This document shows positions 16,492-24,868 of a stretch of 38,753 bases of DNA, in pieces. The notes below the pieces were generated by a model. The model saw only the letters and a list, made by a program, of their open reading frames with translations. It had not been told where the DNA came from and made no database searches. Each line of letters begins with the position of its first letter. The first letter of the stretch is position 1. The position numbers and the translations under genes are program-made. The DNA comes from an uncultured Candidatus Saccharibacteria bacterium (GTDB lineage: Bacteria; Patescibacteriota; Minisyncoccia; CAIUEV01): contig CAZRPR010000003.1 of NCBI GenBank assembly GCA_964602125.1, positions 1 through 38,753 of the forward strand, in the 5' to 3' direction.

Positions 16492-16520
16492 AAAGGCAGA
16501 GAAGATTCTCTGCCTTTTTT
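16492..16520 (+). terminator. Intrinsic terminator (aaaggcagagaa / ttctctgccttt arms, then a T-run)
   Basis: 12-nt perfect inverted arms at 16492-16503 and 16506-16517; T-run to 16520. Confidence 0.75.
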
Positions 16521-16561
16521 AAGTGCTAGCTTAAGGTTGTTATACGGTAAACAAAAAAGAT

Positions 16562-16590
16562 TTGACGGTACTGAAAAAAATCAGTACAAA
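16562..16590 (+). promoter_or_regulatory. Candidate sigma70-type promoter TTGACG-17 nt-TACAAA, pointing into the 3' end of the NYN gene
   Basis: Hexamers and 17-nt spacing read directly. Function not demonstrated. Confidence 0.3.
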
Positions 16591-16597
16591 TTAAGTA

Positions 16598-17161
16598 TCA
16601 AGACGAAAGGGGATCCGAAAGGTGTTGGTGCCTAAGGAGCCCCTTTTTTATTTGCCATACTTTTATTTTTTTCTTGATATCTTTACTGTCCAGAGAATCA
16701 AAAAATTCCGAACCTAGTTCTTTATAGAGAGAGGAGGCGAATTTTTTGTTAGGGAAAAGGATCTTGCCGAATTTATGTTCTTCAATGAGAAAATCAACGA
16801 GCATTTTATAGTCTCCGTCTCCTGAAACCAAGATAATCTTGCCGAAGTCTTCTCTTTGGTAGATTTTTTTCATTATCTGAAAGACAATATCCGAATCGAC
16901 ATTCCCCTTCTTCTTGCCGGTCATGGCGCTGTTATGCTCCCGAAACATTAAAATAAAGCCCGCTTCCTGAACGCTGGTATATATTTCCTGATGAATTTCA
17001 TCCATGCAGCCTAAAAAGTAGTAGGCGGTTTCGACATGATACCTGTCTTTCAAAAAAACTCGAAATTTTTTCAAATCAATTCTCCATGGCCTTTTCAGTT
17101 TAGTCGTTCCCATGTGGAGATTCTGACCGTCAACAAAGGCATAATTGTTCTGATTTTCCAT
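16598..17161 (-). CDS. NYN domain (LabA/DUF88-like, PIN-related) putative RNase
   Basis: N-terminal YAFVDGQNLHMG and central ILVSGDGDY are the conserved acidic motifs of NYN/LabA proteins. Confidence 0.8.
   Translation of the reverse strand: MENQNNYAFVDGQNLHMGTTKLKRPWRIDLKKFRVFLKDRYHVETAYYFLGCMDEIHQEIYTSVQEAGFILMFREHNSAMTGKKKGNVDSDIVFQIMKKIYQREDFGKIILVSGDGDYKMLVDFLIEEHKFGKILFPNKKFASSLYKELGSEFFDSLDSKDIKKKIKVWQIKKGLLRHQHLSDPLSS
16606..16649 (+). terminator. Extended hairpin (ggggatcc...ggagcccc with inner aggtg/gtgcct pairing) followed by T6, lying inside the last ~17 codons of the NYN ORF
   Basis: Stem with one mismatch plus T-run 16644-16649 on the plus strand. On the minus strand it is followed by tttcgtctt. 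Confidence 0.45.
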
Positions 17162-17270
17162 AATGTTAGTTTTTTTATTGTCTTTACTTTTAGTGTAGGA
17201 CTAAAGATCGATTCAATCAATTGGTTTCTTTTTGCAAAACTTAAAATACTAAGTTATATATAGAGAGTAA

Positions 17271-17337
17271 GTTTTGGGCTCGCCTGCCTACCATCCCTAC
17301 CGGGAGGTAAACCGGCAGGCAGGTAGCTTAGTTGGTA
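17271..17337 (+). pseudogene. Partial duplicate of the tRNA-Ala 5' end (5-nt leader + nt 1-21), split after nt 7 by a 41-nt GC-rich palindromic insert (17283-17323)
   Basis: gttttgggctcg + [cctgcctacc...ggcaggcagg] + tagcttagttggta compared with gttttgggctcgtagcttagttggta at 17346-17371. Confidence 0.75.
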
Positions 17338-17350
17338 ATTTAAAAGTTTT

Positions 17351-17423
17351 GGGCTCGTAGCTTAGTTGGTAGAGCGCCTCCATGGCATGGAGGAGGTCAG
17401 GGGTTCGAGTCCCCTCGAGTCCA
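17351..17423 (+). tRNA. tRNA-Ala (anticodon GGC), no encoded CCA
   Basis: Cloverleaf folded by hand: acceptor GGGCTCG/CGAGTCC with G3:U70, anticodon loop AUGGCAU, T-loop TTCGAGT, discriminator A. Confidence 0.92.
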
Positions 17424-17498
17424 CAAATTAAAAACACTCTTAAATTAAAAAAGCCGTAAAAACATCTTATATTCTGTTCTTACGGCTAAATGAATGAT

Positions 17499-18077
17499 CT
17501 ATCTTTGCCAAAGTTCCCCTCCCAGGAAAAGTTGATTTTTTTCCAAATCTTTGATTTGCCCTCTTTCATCGAGAGCGTAGGCCCGACTAACAGTGTAGAC
17601 TTTTTTACTAAAATCAAAAATTGCTTCAACCAAGCCAATCTCTCCATTGCCAAAATAGGGTGGGCGAGATTTCTTTTTCAAATCAATGAATTCTCTTAGA
17701 GACGCTTCGTCTTTGAAAACTTTAATAACCATGCCCTCATGCTTTCGGAAAGATCCTCCAAAAAAACCGGCAGAAAAAGAAGTTACGGAGCGCATATAAA
17801 CCGGTTTTTCCCAGTTTTCCTGCATGAAACTCCAAAAATGATCATTCGAAAGACCGTAAATTTTGTTGAAGAACCAAACTTGGCTCAAAGTTTCAAAGCA
17901 GGAAGACGCTTCTTGGAAGGAATAGTTAATAATCGATTCTTGAAAAAGAACATCCTCTTTGCTCTCTTCGGCGTAAAGTATTCTTTCGGAAAAAAGAAAT
18001 GTTAGAAGAAATAAGAAGATAATAAAACAAGCAAGTCCTAAAAAGTGATCAGAAAAAAACCTTTGCTTTGTTGACAT
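17499..18077 (-). CDS. Hypothetical membrane-anchored/secreted protein
   Basis: N-terminal hydrophobic helix LGLACFIIFLFLLTFLF. GGAGGAAAG Shine-Dalgarno upstream. No motif recognised. Confidence 0.5.
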   Translation of the reverse strand: MSTKQRFFSDHFLGLACFIIFLFLLTFLFSERILYAEESKEDVLFQESIINYSFQEASSCFETLSQVWFFNKIYGLSNDHFWSFMQENWEKPVYMRSVTSFSAGFFGGSFRKHEGMVIKVFKDEASLREFIDLKKKSRPPYFGNGEIGLVEAIFDFSKKVYTVSRAYALDERGQIKDLEKNQLFLGGELWQR

Positions 18078-18161
18078 CAGACTTTCCTCCTTATCGATTG
18101 GCTTTTTAAAGAACTGGCAAGATAAAACTTGAGTAGAGATTAAGCCTAAAGATTAAATTAA

Positions 18162-19064
18162 TCAAACTTTCGCCAGAGAAGAAAGAGACAAGACAACGGT
18201 TTGCAGGATTGATTTTGGGGCAGAACCGGCCGGATTTTCCAATTGTCTTAAGTAGTCAGTAGTTTCCTTGAGCAGTTCAAGACGTTTTTTGGCTTGAACA
18301 TTTTGACCTTCCGCTATGAGTAAATGAATTTTAGCTTTTTCTCGCAGGACAACTATTTTCAGGAAATTCATAATTTTTTCCGATTTTTTACTAAAAAATT
18401 TATCGGCCGACTTGAGGCTTTCAATTGAATTACCCTTTAAAACTTCCGCATACAAATCATCCAGGTCTTGCCAATCGCTATAACTATTCAGGATATCCCT
18501 GGCTTTCAGTCGATCCCCCTCTGACCAAAAAATAATATTTTTTCTTTGAGTTTCGGTAAGATCTTTCATGTTTTCGTTTAGCCACTCCTCTACCAATAAA
18601 TCTTGTTTTTCAAAATAAGGCAGATGCTCACAGCGAGAGAGGATGGTTGGCAGGAGTTGTCCCCGAAAATCAGCCCCTAAGAGGAAAAAAGTTTTCGAAG
18701 GAGGTTCCTCTACAATCTTGAGCAGGGCATTTTGAGCTTGATGGGTTAGGAGATTGGCCTCCGGAATTAAAACCAGTTTAAAGCCGAGCTCATGCGGACA
18801 TAGAGAGACTTTTCGCAGAGCTGCTCTGATTGGTTTTATGCCGATAGACTTGAGGCCATCTTCCGTTTCAATCCAAATAAAATCAGGGTGAGTTTTGTAG
18901 TTGAGACTTTCCGGCTTCACCTCAATCATTGAATTGAAAACGGTCTCAGATAAATCCAACCATTCCGAGGCAGGTAATCCCGTTATTAGGAGAGAAAGAC
19001 TATTTGGACCATTAGTCGCAGAAAAGACTTTCTCGATTTTATGCTGAAAAGCAAGATTAAACAC
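18162..19064 (-). CDS. holB: DNA polymerase III delta-prime subunit
   Basis: QNALLKIVEEPPSKTFFLL and LLPTILSRC are characteristic clamp-loader delta-prime motifs. Confidence 0.7.
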   Translation of the reverse strand: MFNLAFQHKIEKVFSATNGPNSLSLLITGLPASEWLDLSETVFNSMIEVKPESLNYKTHPDFIWIETEDGLKSIGIKPIRAALRKVSLCPHELGFKLVLIPEANLLTHQAQNALLKIVEEPPSKTFFLLGADFRGQLLPTILSRCEHLPYFEKQDLLVEEWLNENMKDLTETQRKNIIFWSEGDRLKARDILNSYSDWQDLDDLYAEVLKGNSIESLKSADKFFSKKSEKIMNFLKIVVLREKAKIHLLIAEGQNVQAKKRLELLKETTDYLRQLENPAGSAPKSILQTVVLSLSSLAKV

Positions 19065-19098
19065 AGGTAAAAGTTAAAAGTCGATAAATTTAAAATGA

Positions 19099-20901
19099 CT
19101 ATCTTTCCGGCACGTAATAAACCATAATAGAATTGCCGATCTGAGCGGCCGGTTGATAATAATCAGTCAGCCAGTGGTAATTTCCCTTCTCTTCAGAATT
19201 GAGCGTATTCCATTGGATGGCACTGGCGGAAATAGCGAACCAACCGGAAGCTGGTTTTCTGTCAAAGCCCCAATATTCATAACGATTAGGCAGGTAGTAA
19301 TCTAAGTCTCCTCCACCGAAGTAATCAATCTTGATGTGGCTAATATTCTTTTCGTCCATAAATTGGCGGAGGCGAATTAAGTCTTGCCCCCAATCGACGT
19401 TGGAATCAACCATATATTTCCAACCTTCCTTTGATCCACCCTTAAGCTCATTAAAATACGGCAAATAACTAGGAAAGGTCGTTAAGTTACTGCCCAGATA
19501 CCAAACAATAAGCACCAAAAAAATGCCGATATTAGTCCAGTAAAAACCGATGCGCTTCTCTTTGTCTAAAGTTTTTTCAAACTTCCAGAGCATGAGGGCG
19601 GTGAAGAGATAGACAAAGGGAAAGACGGGCAAAATATAACGGATGCCTAATTGCAGCTTATTCATGGAAGCCAGAGCGAAAACGGCAATGGCAAAGAAGA
19701 AGTAGCCAAGCAAAACTGCATTTTCTCGCATCCAAAGAAAGAATTCCTTGGTTTTTTCCTCGCTTTTATTTTTCTGACGAGCGAAAGTCCAAACAGCGAA
19801 ACCAAAAATCAGAATAGCAAAGTAGAAAAGAATTTGAGCGGCAATCGGTTCTTTTAGCCAGTAAGCAAAGACGAAATAATCAGGCCAATGAGTGCCTATT
19901 TCACCGAAGAAATAAGTGGTATGACCACCGGTGGTGTGAGAGGATACCATCAGAAAGCCAAGTAAGTATTGAGCGTACGGTCTAAGGACGGGAACGTCAG
20001 TCATCCAATTTAGCTTGGTGTTAAAACCCAAACCGGCTAAATCAGAGTCTTTAATGGAAACATTAATCAATTCATGTTGGGCCGCTACGGGCATTTTCCA
20101 TATTAGAGCCTGATACCAAAGACCGACCAACATGTAGCCAATAATCATTATTAAGCAGACTTTACTCACTTCCATTACAATCTCTTTTATGGCCGAACCG
20201 ATTTTATTTTTGCGATACGTACCTAAACCATAAATAAAGGCAATGAAAAGAAAGGTGGGAATAAGTAAGAAAACTGAGAATTTCGCCAGCTGAGCCAAGC
20301 CAAAAACAATTCCAGCCCAAAGTAATTTTTTACCGGTCGGATTTTCCAAATATAAATAGTAAGCGTAAAGGGCAAAGATAGCAAAGGCGGTAATGCCCAT
20401 ATCGGTAGTAATAAAACGACCGTGAGCCATTAAATTGGGCGAGAAAAGAAAGAGGGTTAAAGCAACTAAGGCCACTTCTCGTCTCTTGGTAATTTTCTCT
20501 GCGAATCGATACAAAACGAAACCGGCTAATAGAAAAATAAAAATCATAGGAATACGGCCCCAAAAAAGCATTCTATCAGCGTCATTTCCATATTTGTATA
20601 AAAATTTATTGCCCAGATCCCATTGATCGTTGACGGGTTTTAGCCACGAGGGGTCATATTCAGGAAAATAAACATCCATAAAAAGCAAGGGCAGAGAAGC
20701 TAATTGTTTTATCAAGGGCGGATGCTCGGGATTAATGCGGTAATCTTGCTTAGTCCAATAGGTGTAACCGGCGACAATGTGAGGCATTTCATCTCGAATA
20801 CAGGAGTCATACCAGATACTACCGACAGCCAAGGAACCGGCAAAAAAGATCATCACAAAGGCCAAGTAATGGGTTTTTAACAAGTTTTTCCAGAATCGCA
20901 T
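19099..20901 (-). CDS. GT-C fold glycosyltransferase family 39 (ArnT/PMT-like)
   Basis: About 12 predicted TM segments, a DE motif in the first loop (IRDEMPHIVAGY), and a soluble C-terminal domain. Confidence 0.65.
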   Translation of the reverse strand: MRFWKNLLKTHYLAFVMIFFAGSLAVGSIWYDSCIRDEMPHIVAGYTYWTKQDYRINPEHPPLIKQLASLPLLFMDVYFPEYDPSWLKPVNDQWDLGNKFLYKYGNDADRMLFWGRIPMIFIFLLAGFVLYRFAEKITKRREVALVALTLFLFSPNLMAHGRFITTDMGITAFAIFALYAYYLYLENPTGKKLLWAGIVFGLAQLAKFSVFLLIPTFLFIAFIYGLGTYRKNKIGSAIKEIVMEVSKVCLIMIIGYMLVGLWYQALIWKMPVAAQHELINVSIKDSDLAGLGFNTKLNWMTDVPVLRPYAQYLLGFLMVSSHTTGGHTTYFFGEIGTHWPDYFVFAYWLKEPIAAQILFYFAILIFGFAVWTFARQKNKSEEKTKEFFLWMRENAVLLGYFFFAIAVFALASMNKLQLGIRYILPVFPFVYLFTALMLWKFEKTLDKEKRIGFYWTNIGIFLVLIVWYLGSNLTTFPSYLPYFNELKGGSKEGWKYMVDSNVDWGQDLIRLRQFMDEKNISHIKIDYFGGGDLDYYLPNRYEYWGFDRKPASGWFAISASAIQWNTLNSEEKGNYHWLTDYYQPAAQIGNSIMVYYVPER

Positions 20902-20956
20902 TTTTATTTTAATTTAATTTTAAAAACTAACCATGTATAATTTTAAGTGGTTTTTT

Positions 20957-21964
20957 TTAATTTGCCATTTTTTGTTTAAACTCCTCAACCATCTTAACGG
21001 GTGTAGGGTCCTCTCCATTGTTTAGAGCCGAATAATATGACAATAGGGAGCCTATTTGCAAGGTGGCAAAAATGGTGTAAATACTTTTGCCCTTAGGAAT
21101 ATCAATAATCTCTGAAGCAATTTTAGATTTTTTCAGTAAACCGGCTGTCAACGAATAACGCTTGAGATTTCTTGGATGGTCATTGCTGGCTCGCAATAAA
21201 AACAGGAAAAAATCAGCTTTTGACTTAGTAAAACCGACCATCTCATTGTGGTTAAGCTCCGGAAAATAATTCCAAAAAGCGGGCGTCTTGCCATTCTCAT
21301 TTAGCATGATTTTCCAAATCATGGCCAAGGCTTTCCAATTAGCCGAAGCGTAAATAACCGGGGTTTTAGTAATAATATTTTTAGCTAACCCTTGAGCATA
21401 AGTGTCAAAAGTTTTAAAGTTTCGATGGAGTCGGTTGATAGTTTCAGCAATCTCCTGCCCATTGATTTTTAAAACACGAAGTTTCTCTAACACCTTAAGC
21501 AGGGCACCAAAACTGTAGCCCAAGGCCATTCTGGGCTGGATGCCAGCCGGAATTTTGATAAGAGGAAAACCGTTTTTCACGGCTATTTTTTCCAGCTTAC
21601 CTCCGCTCGTCAAAACCAAAATAGGAAGTTTGAGCTTAATGGCTTTTTGAAGGGCAGTTAAAGTTTCTTCTGTATTACCGGAGTAAGAGGAAAAAATATG
21701 CAAAAAATTGTTCTTTCGATTGGTTTGAGGTAGCTCGTAATTTCGATTGATGAGAACAGTAAATTTATCTTTTAGGTTCTCCTCGGTCAAGAAAAGATCG
21801 ATTAGTTCAGCGGCCAAGGCTGATCCGCCCATGCCATGGAGACAAAAACCATTAAATCTTTTTCTGAAAGTAACGTTTTGGGCTAATTTTATGCCGACCA
21901 GCAACTGATCGGGAGACTCTTTAATAACGCCCAATAAATTCTCTTGATCTATATTTTTTTTCAT
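20957..21964 (-). CDS. Bifunctional phosphoglucose/phosphomannose isomerase (SIS domain)
   Basis: HGMGGSALAAELI and SSYSGNTEETLTAL motifs; size about 335 aa. Confidence 0.8.
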   Translation of the reverse strand: MKKNIDQENLLGVIKESPDQLLVGIKLAQNVTFRKRFNGFCLHGMGGSALAAELIDLFLTEENLKDKFTVLINRNYELPQTNRKNNFLHIFSSYSGNTEETLTALQKAIKLKLPILVLTSGGKLEKIAVKNGFPLIKIPAGIQPRMALGYSFGALLKVLEKLRVLKINGQEIAETINRLHRNFKTFDTYAQGLAKNIITKTPVIYASANWKALAMIWKIMLNENGKTPAFWNYFPELNHNEMVGFTKSKADFFLFLLRASNDHPRNLKRYSLTAGLLKKSKIASEIIDIPKGKSIYTIFATLQIGSLLSYYSALNNGEDPTPVKMVEEFKQKMAN

Positions 21965-21994
21965 TTTTGTTGATTAAATCTTTAAAATAAAAAA

Positions 21995-22324
21995 TTATTT
22001 ACGAGCTAAAAAATAAAAGGGGGAAAAGTATTTTCGCCATAAATCATCGGAGGAAGCGTAGATATTATCAAAAAGAAAATAATCCACTAGGACTTCTCTG
22101 GTACGGAGCAATTCCTTGAGTCTGGGTCCAGTTCTTTTTTTTAAGTCTGAGATTGATAGATCTAAAAGCTCCAAAGCCCGGTCAAAAGCCTTAAGACTCC
22201 ATTCTTGGTTTTTTTCTCGCCAAAGAATGGTTCTCTCCACCTCGCTTCCAATATTAGCCATTTGCTCAGCGAAAGAGAGATTAAACCAACGACCGGAAGC
22301 CAAATCTTGATGAATATACGCCAT
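21995..22324 (-). CDS. Conserved hypothetical protein
   Basis: ORF overlaps the upstream gene's stop by 1 nt (coupled). No motif recognised. Confidence 0.45.
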   Translation of the reverse strand: MAYIHQDLASGRWFNLSFAEQMANIGSEVERTILWREKNQEWSLKAFDRALELLDLSISDLKKRTGPRLKELLRTREVLVDYFLFDNIYASSDDLWRKYFSPFYFLARK

Positions 22325-22671
22325 TATTCTTCTATTAAATTATTGACTATTTTTATGATTTTTTTCTGAATTTCCAAATCCTCCACTCCACGAGTGCGAT
22401 TATTTTGTCTTGGCCTTACGTTAATCATTGAGTCAAATTCAATTCTTTCCGATCCGATAATTTCCGGATAAATATTTATTCCCCAAAGATTTTCCTGTTT
22501 CGAACTTTTTTCCAGCATGAATATTTCTTCATCCGCATGTAATTCTCCTCCCAAGGTCAGGATATTCTTTTCAATATCTACGACGCCTTTTACCATGTTG
22601 CCAAAACCTTCATCGGCGATTTCCTTTAGCCGATCAAGGGAGATTTTTTTTTCGATAAGTACTATTTTCAT
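22324..22671 (-). CDS. Small conserved protein, DUF5674-like
   Basis: MVKGVVDIEKNILTLGGELHADEE...ENLWGINIYP resembles the DUF5674 family from memory. Confidence 0.45.
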   Translation of the reverse strand: MKIVLIEKKISLDRLKEIADEGFGNMVKGVVDIEKNILTLGGELHADEEIFMLEKSSKQENLWGINIYPEIIGSERIEFDSMINVRPRQNNRTRGVEDLEIQKKIIKIVNNLIEE

Positions 22672-22690
22672 ATATTTGGTATTTTAAAAT

Positions 22691-22767
22691 TGGGGTGGCA
22701 GATGGGACTTGAACCCACGACGACTCGCTCCACAGGCGAGCGCTCTACCAACTGAGCTACTGCCACC
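22691..22767 (-). tRNA. tRNA-His (anticodon GTG) with genome-encoded G-1 and encoded CCA
   Basis: Hand fold: G-1, acceptor GTGGCAG/CTGCCAC, anticodon loop CUGUGGA, T-loop TTCAAGT, discriminator C, then CCA. Confidence 0.92.
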
Positions 22768-22814
22768 ATAAATTAAAGCTAACAGAAATAATTGAAGTTG
22801 AAAAGACTTGTTAG

Positions 22815-23111
22815 CTATTTTCGGTTAGATATTTCGATTAGCTTGCCGAAATTGTCGTTTTTACCCGCCTTGTTTTTTTTGATGGCGCCACATTTAACAC
22901 ATTGATGAATAATAACAAAGCCGCTTTTTTTCTGGTCCAGACCGATAGGCTTCATGGGGCCTTGGCAATCAGCAGCTCGATCACCGGGGTGGGTGTCAAC
23001 GTGCTTGCTCCAGAGACAATCGGGGCAATGATTAGTGTAGCCATCACCAAAAACAAAACGACCACAATTGAGACAAACGAAATTTTCTTTGAGGCGAATA
23101 AATTTTTTCAT
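22815..23111 (-). CDS. RNHCP domain zinc-ribbon protein
   Basis: CLNCG...YTNHCPDCLWSKHVD...CVKCG matches the RNHCP family pattern. Confidence 0.6.
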   Translation of the reverse strand: MKKFIRLKENFVCLNCGRFVFGDGYTNHCPDCLWSKHVDTHPGDRAADCQGPMKPIGLDQKKSGFVIIHQCVKCGAIKKNKAGKNDNFGKLIEISNRK

Positions 23112-23197
23112 TGATTTTTACTTTACTATATGCTACAAAGAGTTTGTGCCTAAAAAAAGATCTTTACAAAATTTTGAAGATATGGAGGGTGACTAAG

Positions 23198-23704
23198 ATG
23201 AAATCTAACCAAGAATTTCTGATTAAGATTTTTTTGCCAATTTTCGCCGTTTTAATGGGAATATTTTTCATTACCAGCTATGCTTATTCTGGAGAAGCTG
23301 ATTGCAAGCAGGATATTAGTCTTTGGATTAACGAACTCAGAAACAATGCCGGCAATTACGTTGAAGCGGTGGACAATATTAAGTCTAAAACAAAGGAGTG
23401 CAAGCTTGATTTAGAGAAGGATTTTGGAATTACTCCAGAACAATTAACGGAGATGGAAAAAATAGGATGTTTGACAAACATTAGGATGATTGTCAAATCA
23501 TTAAATGAAAGAATTCTCGACTACGAAAGAGATACTCTCGTAAACTTACTACGAGAAGAACTAATTCGTTCAAAGTTGCCCCTATCCTCTTTCCTTCAAG
23601 GCAAGGAGTTGAAAGATAGCCGAAAAACTATCATTAAAGCCTTGAAAAAAGTTGTATTTCAGAATGAAAAAGAGGAAGCGGATTTCCTAAAAATGCTTGA
23701 ATAA
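23198..23704 (+). CDS. Hypothetical signal-anchored protein
   Basis: ATG at 23198 preceded by GGAGGG. N-terminal hydrophobic segment. The ORF-track start at 23111 is a TTG with no RBS. Confidence 0.5.
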   Translation: MKSNQEFLIKIFLPIFAVLMGIFFITSYAYSGEADCKQDISLWINELRNNAGNYVEAVDNIKSKTKECKLDLEKDFGITPEQLTEMEKIGCLTNIRMIVKSLNERILDYERDTLVNLLREELIRSKLPLSSFLQGKELKDSRKTIIKALKKVVFQNEKEEADFLKMLE

Positions 23705-23744
23705 AGCGAAAACAAAGGTCAGTAAATTTATTTATTGGCCTTTT

Positions 23745-24569
23745 TTATTTTTTCTTAATTAGCTTTGCTACTATTTTCTCACGCATTTCTTTGAGCGAAA
23801 GACCAATGAGGGCCAGCCCGTAGCCAATCATCAAGTAACCTGCCACCCAGAATAGATCAATTTTAATAATGCCAGTAATTCCTTCAACATACTCCTTTTC
23901 GTTGAGAGAGAAGAGGATGTCGGCTATTAAGATGGCGATAAAACCGGAAGCAACGAAAAGCCAAGGAAAAAACAGCTTTCCTTGTCGATAGTCCCAAATA
24001 ACAAGAACGATTAACGCACTTGCAATTAGTAGAAGAAGATCGCCAACACCATAAAAACAGGAGAAAAGATTAAAAATAGCATCTTCTTTTGGATCATAGG
24101 CCAAATAAACACTGAAATAAAAAACCAAGAGACTCAGTAAGGCAGTAATGCCTAAAATGGGCAGGACTCTTTTTTCTTTCCATTCAAATTTTCCGACCGC
24201 AATTTCCTTGATTAAACCGATGAAAATCAAAGGATAGGCGAGAATAAAAAAAGCATCGGCTACGGACGGATAGGGGCTCTCAAGAAGAAAGAAATCTAGA
24301 AAAACCCAAATTGATTCGGCTAGAAGCCAACAGAAGGCTCCGGCGGTAATGTACGTCAAGGCTCGACCTCTAGGATTGGCTATTCCATAATAGTAAATCG
24401 CGTATATTCCAGTCAGGACGGACAAAAGAGTAGAAAAAACATACAAAGTGTCAGCCATCAAGTTTTTTTGTGGCCAAAACAGATTAATGACTAAAAACCC
24501 CAAAAAATAAAGAGTAAAAAATAGACCAACAATTTTTTTTTCTGAAGAGGCAAAAAATTCAGCTAGCAT
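23745..24569 (-). CDS. Multi-pass integral membrane protein, unknown function
   Basis: About 8 hydrophobic segments; no catalytic motif recognised. Confidence 0.5.
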   Translation of the reverse strand: MLAEFFASSEKKIVGLFFTLYFLGFLVINLFWPQKNLMADTLYVFSTLLSVLTGIYAIYYYGIANPRGRALTYITAGAFCWLLAESIWVFLDFFLLESPYPSVADAFFILAYPLIFIGLIKEIAVGKFEWKEKRVLPILGITALLSLLVFYFSVYLAYDPKEDAIFNLFSCFYGVGDLLLLIASALIVLVIWDYRQGKLFFPWLFVASGFIAILIADILFSLNEKEYVEGITGIIKIDLFWVAGYLMIGYGLALIGLSLKEMREKIVAKLIKKK

Positions 24570-24573
24570 TTGT

Positions 24574-24801
24574 TTAATTTATTTTATTTTTTAAATCTCT
24601 AATTTCCAGGCGGGCTTTTTCTGGCCCAACTAATTCGTTAAGTGATTCCTCCAGGGAACCCAAAATCTCTCTTTCGGCCTTGTCTTTAAGTCCCGCTCGA
24701 TAAAGTTGAGCGGTACCACTGCCAAAATTTAGATAAACAATCTTGCACGCTTCCTCAATAAGACTTTGCTTGGGACTATCTATGGTTTCTTCGTTTAGCA
24801 T
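24574..24801 (-). CDS. Hypothetical 75-aa protein
   Basis: ORF lies 4 nt upstream of the membrane protein gene and is co-directional. Confidence 0.4.
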   Translation of the reverse strand: MLNEETIDSPKQSLIEEACKIVYLNFGSGTAQLYRAGLKDKAEREILGSLEESLNELVGPEKARLEIRDLKNKIN

Positions 24802-24868
24802 TTTTGTTTTTTAGGTAAAATAATTTCCAATTGAATTATCCGGTTTTATTTTATTTTTGCCAATTAAT

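Noticed and set aside
657-17337. Calling the whole island a mobile element (integrative island or prophage)
   Set aside because: No integrase, recombinase, transposase or phage structural gene is present, and no second copy of the tRNA fragment was found at the left side of the window. Only the tRNA-proximal duplication and accessory gene content support horizontal origin.
23714-23750. Possible terminator between the convergent genes at 23704 and 23745
   Set aside because: The stem is only about 5 bp including a G-U pair, the loop is 14 nt, and it overlaps the 3' end of the 23745 ORF. Too weak to call.
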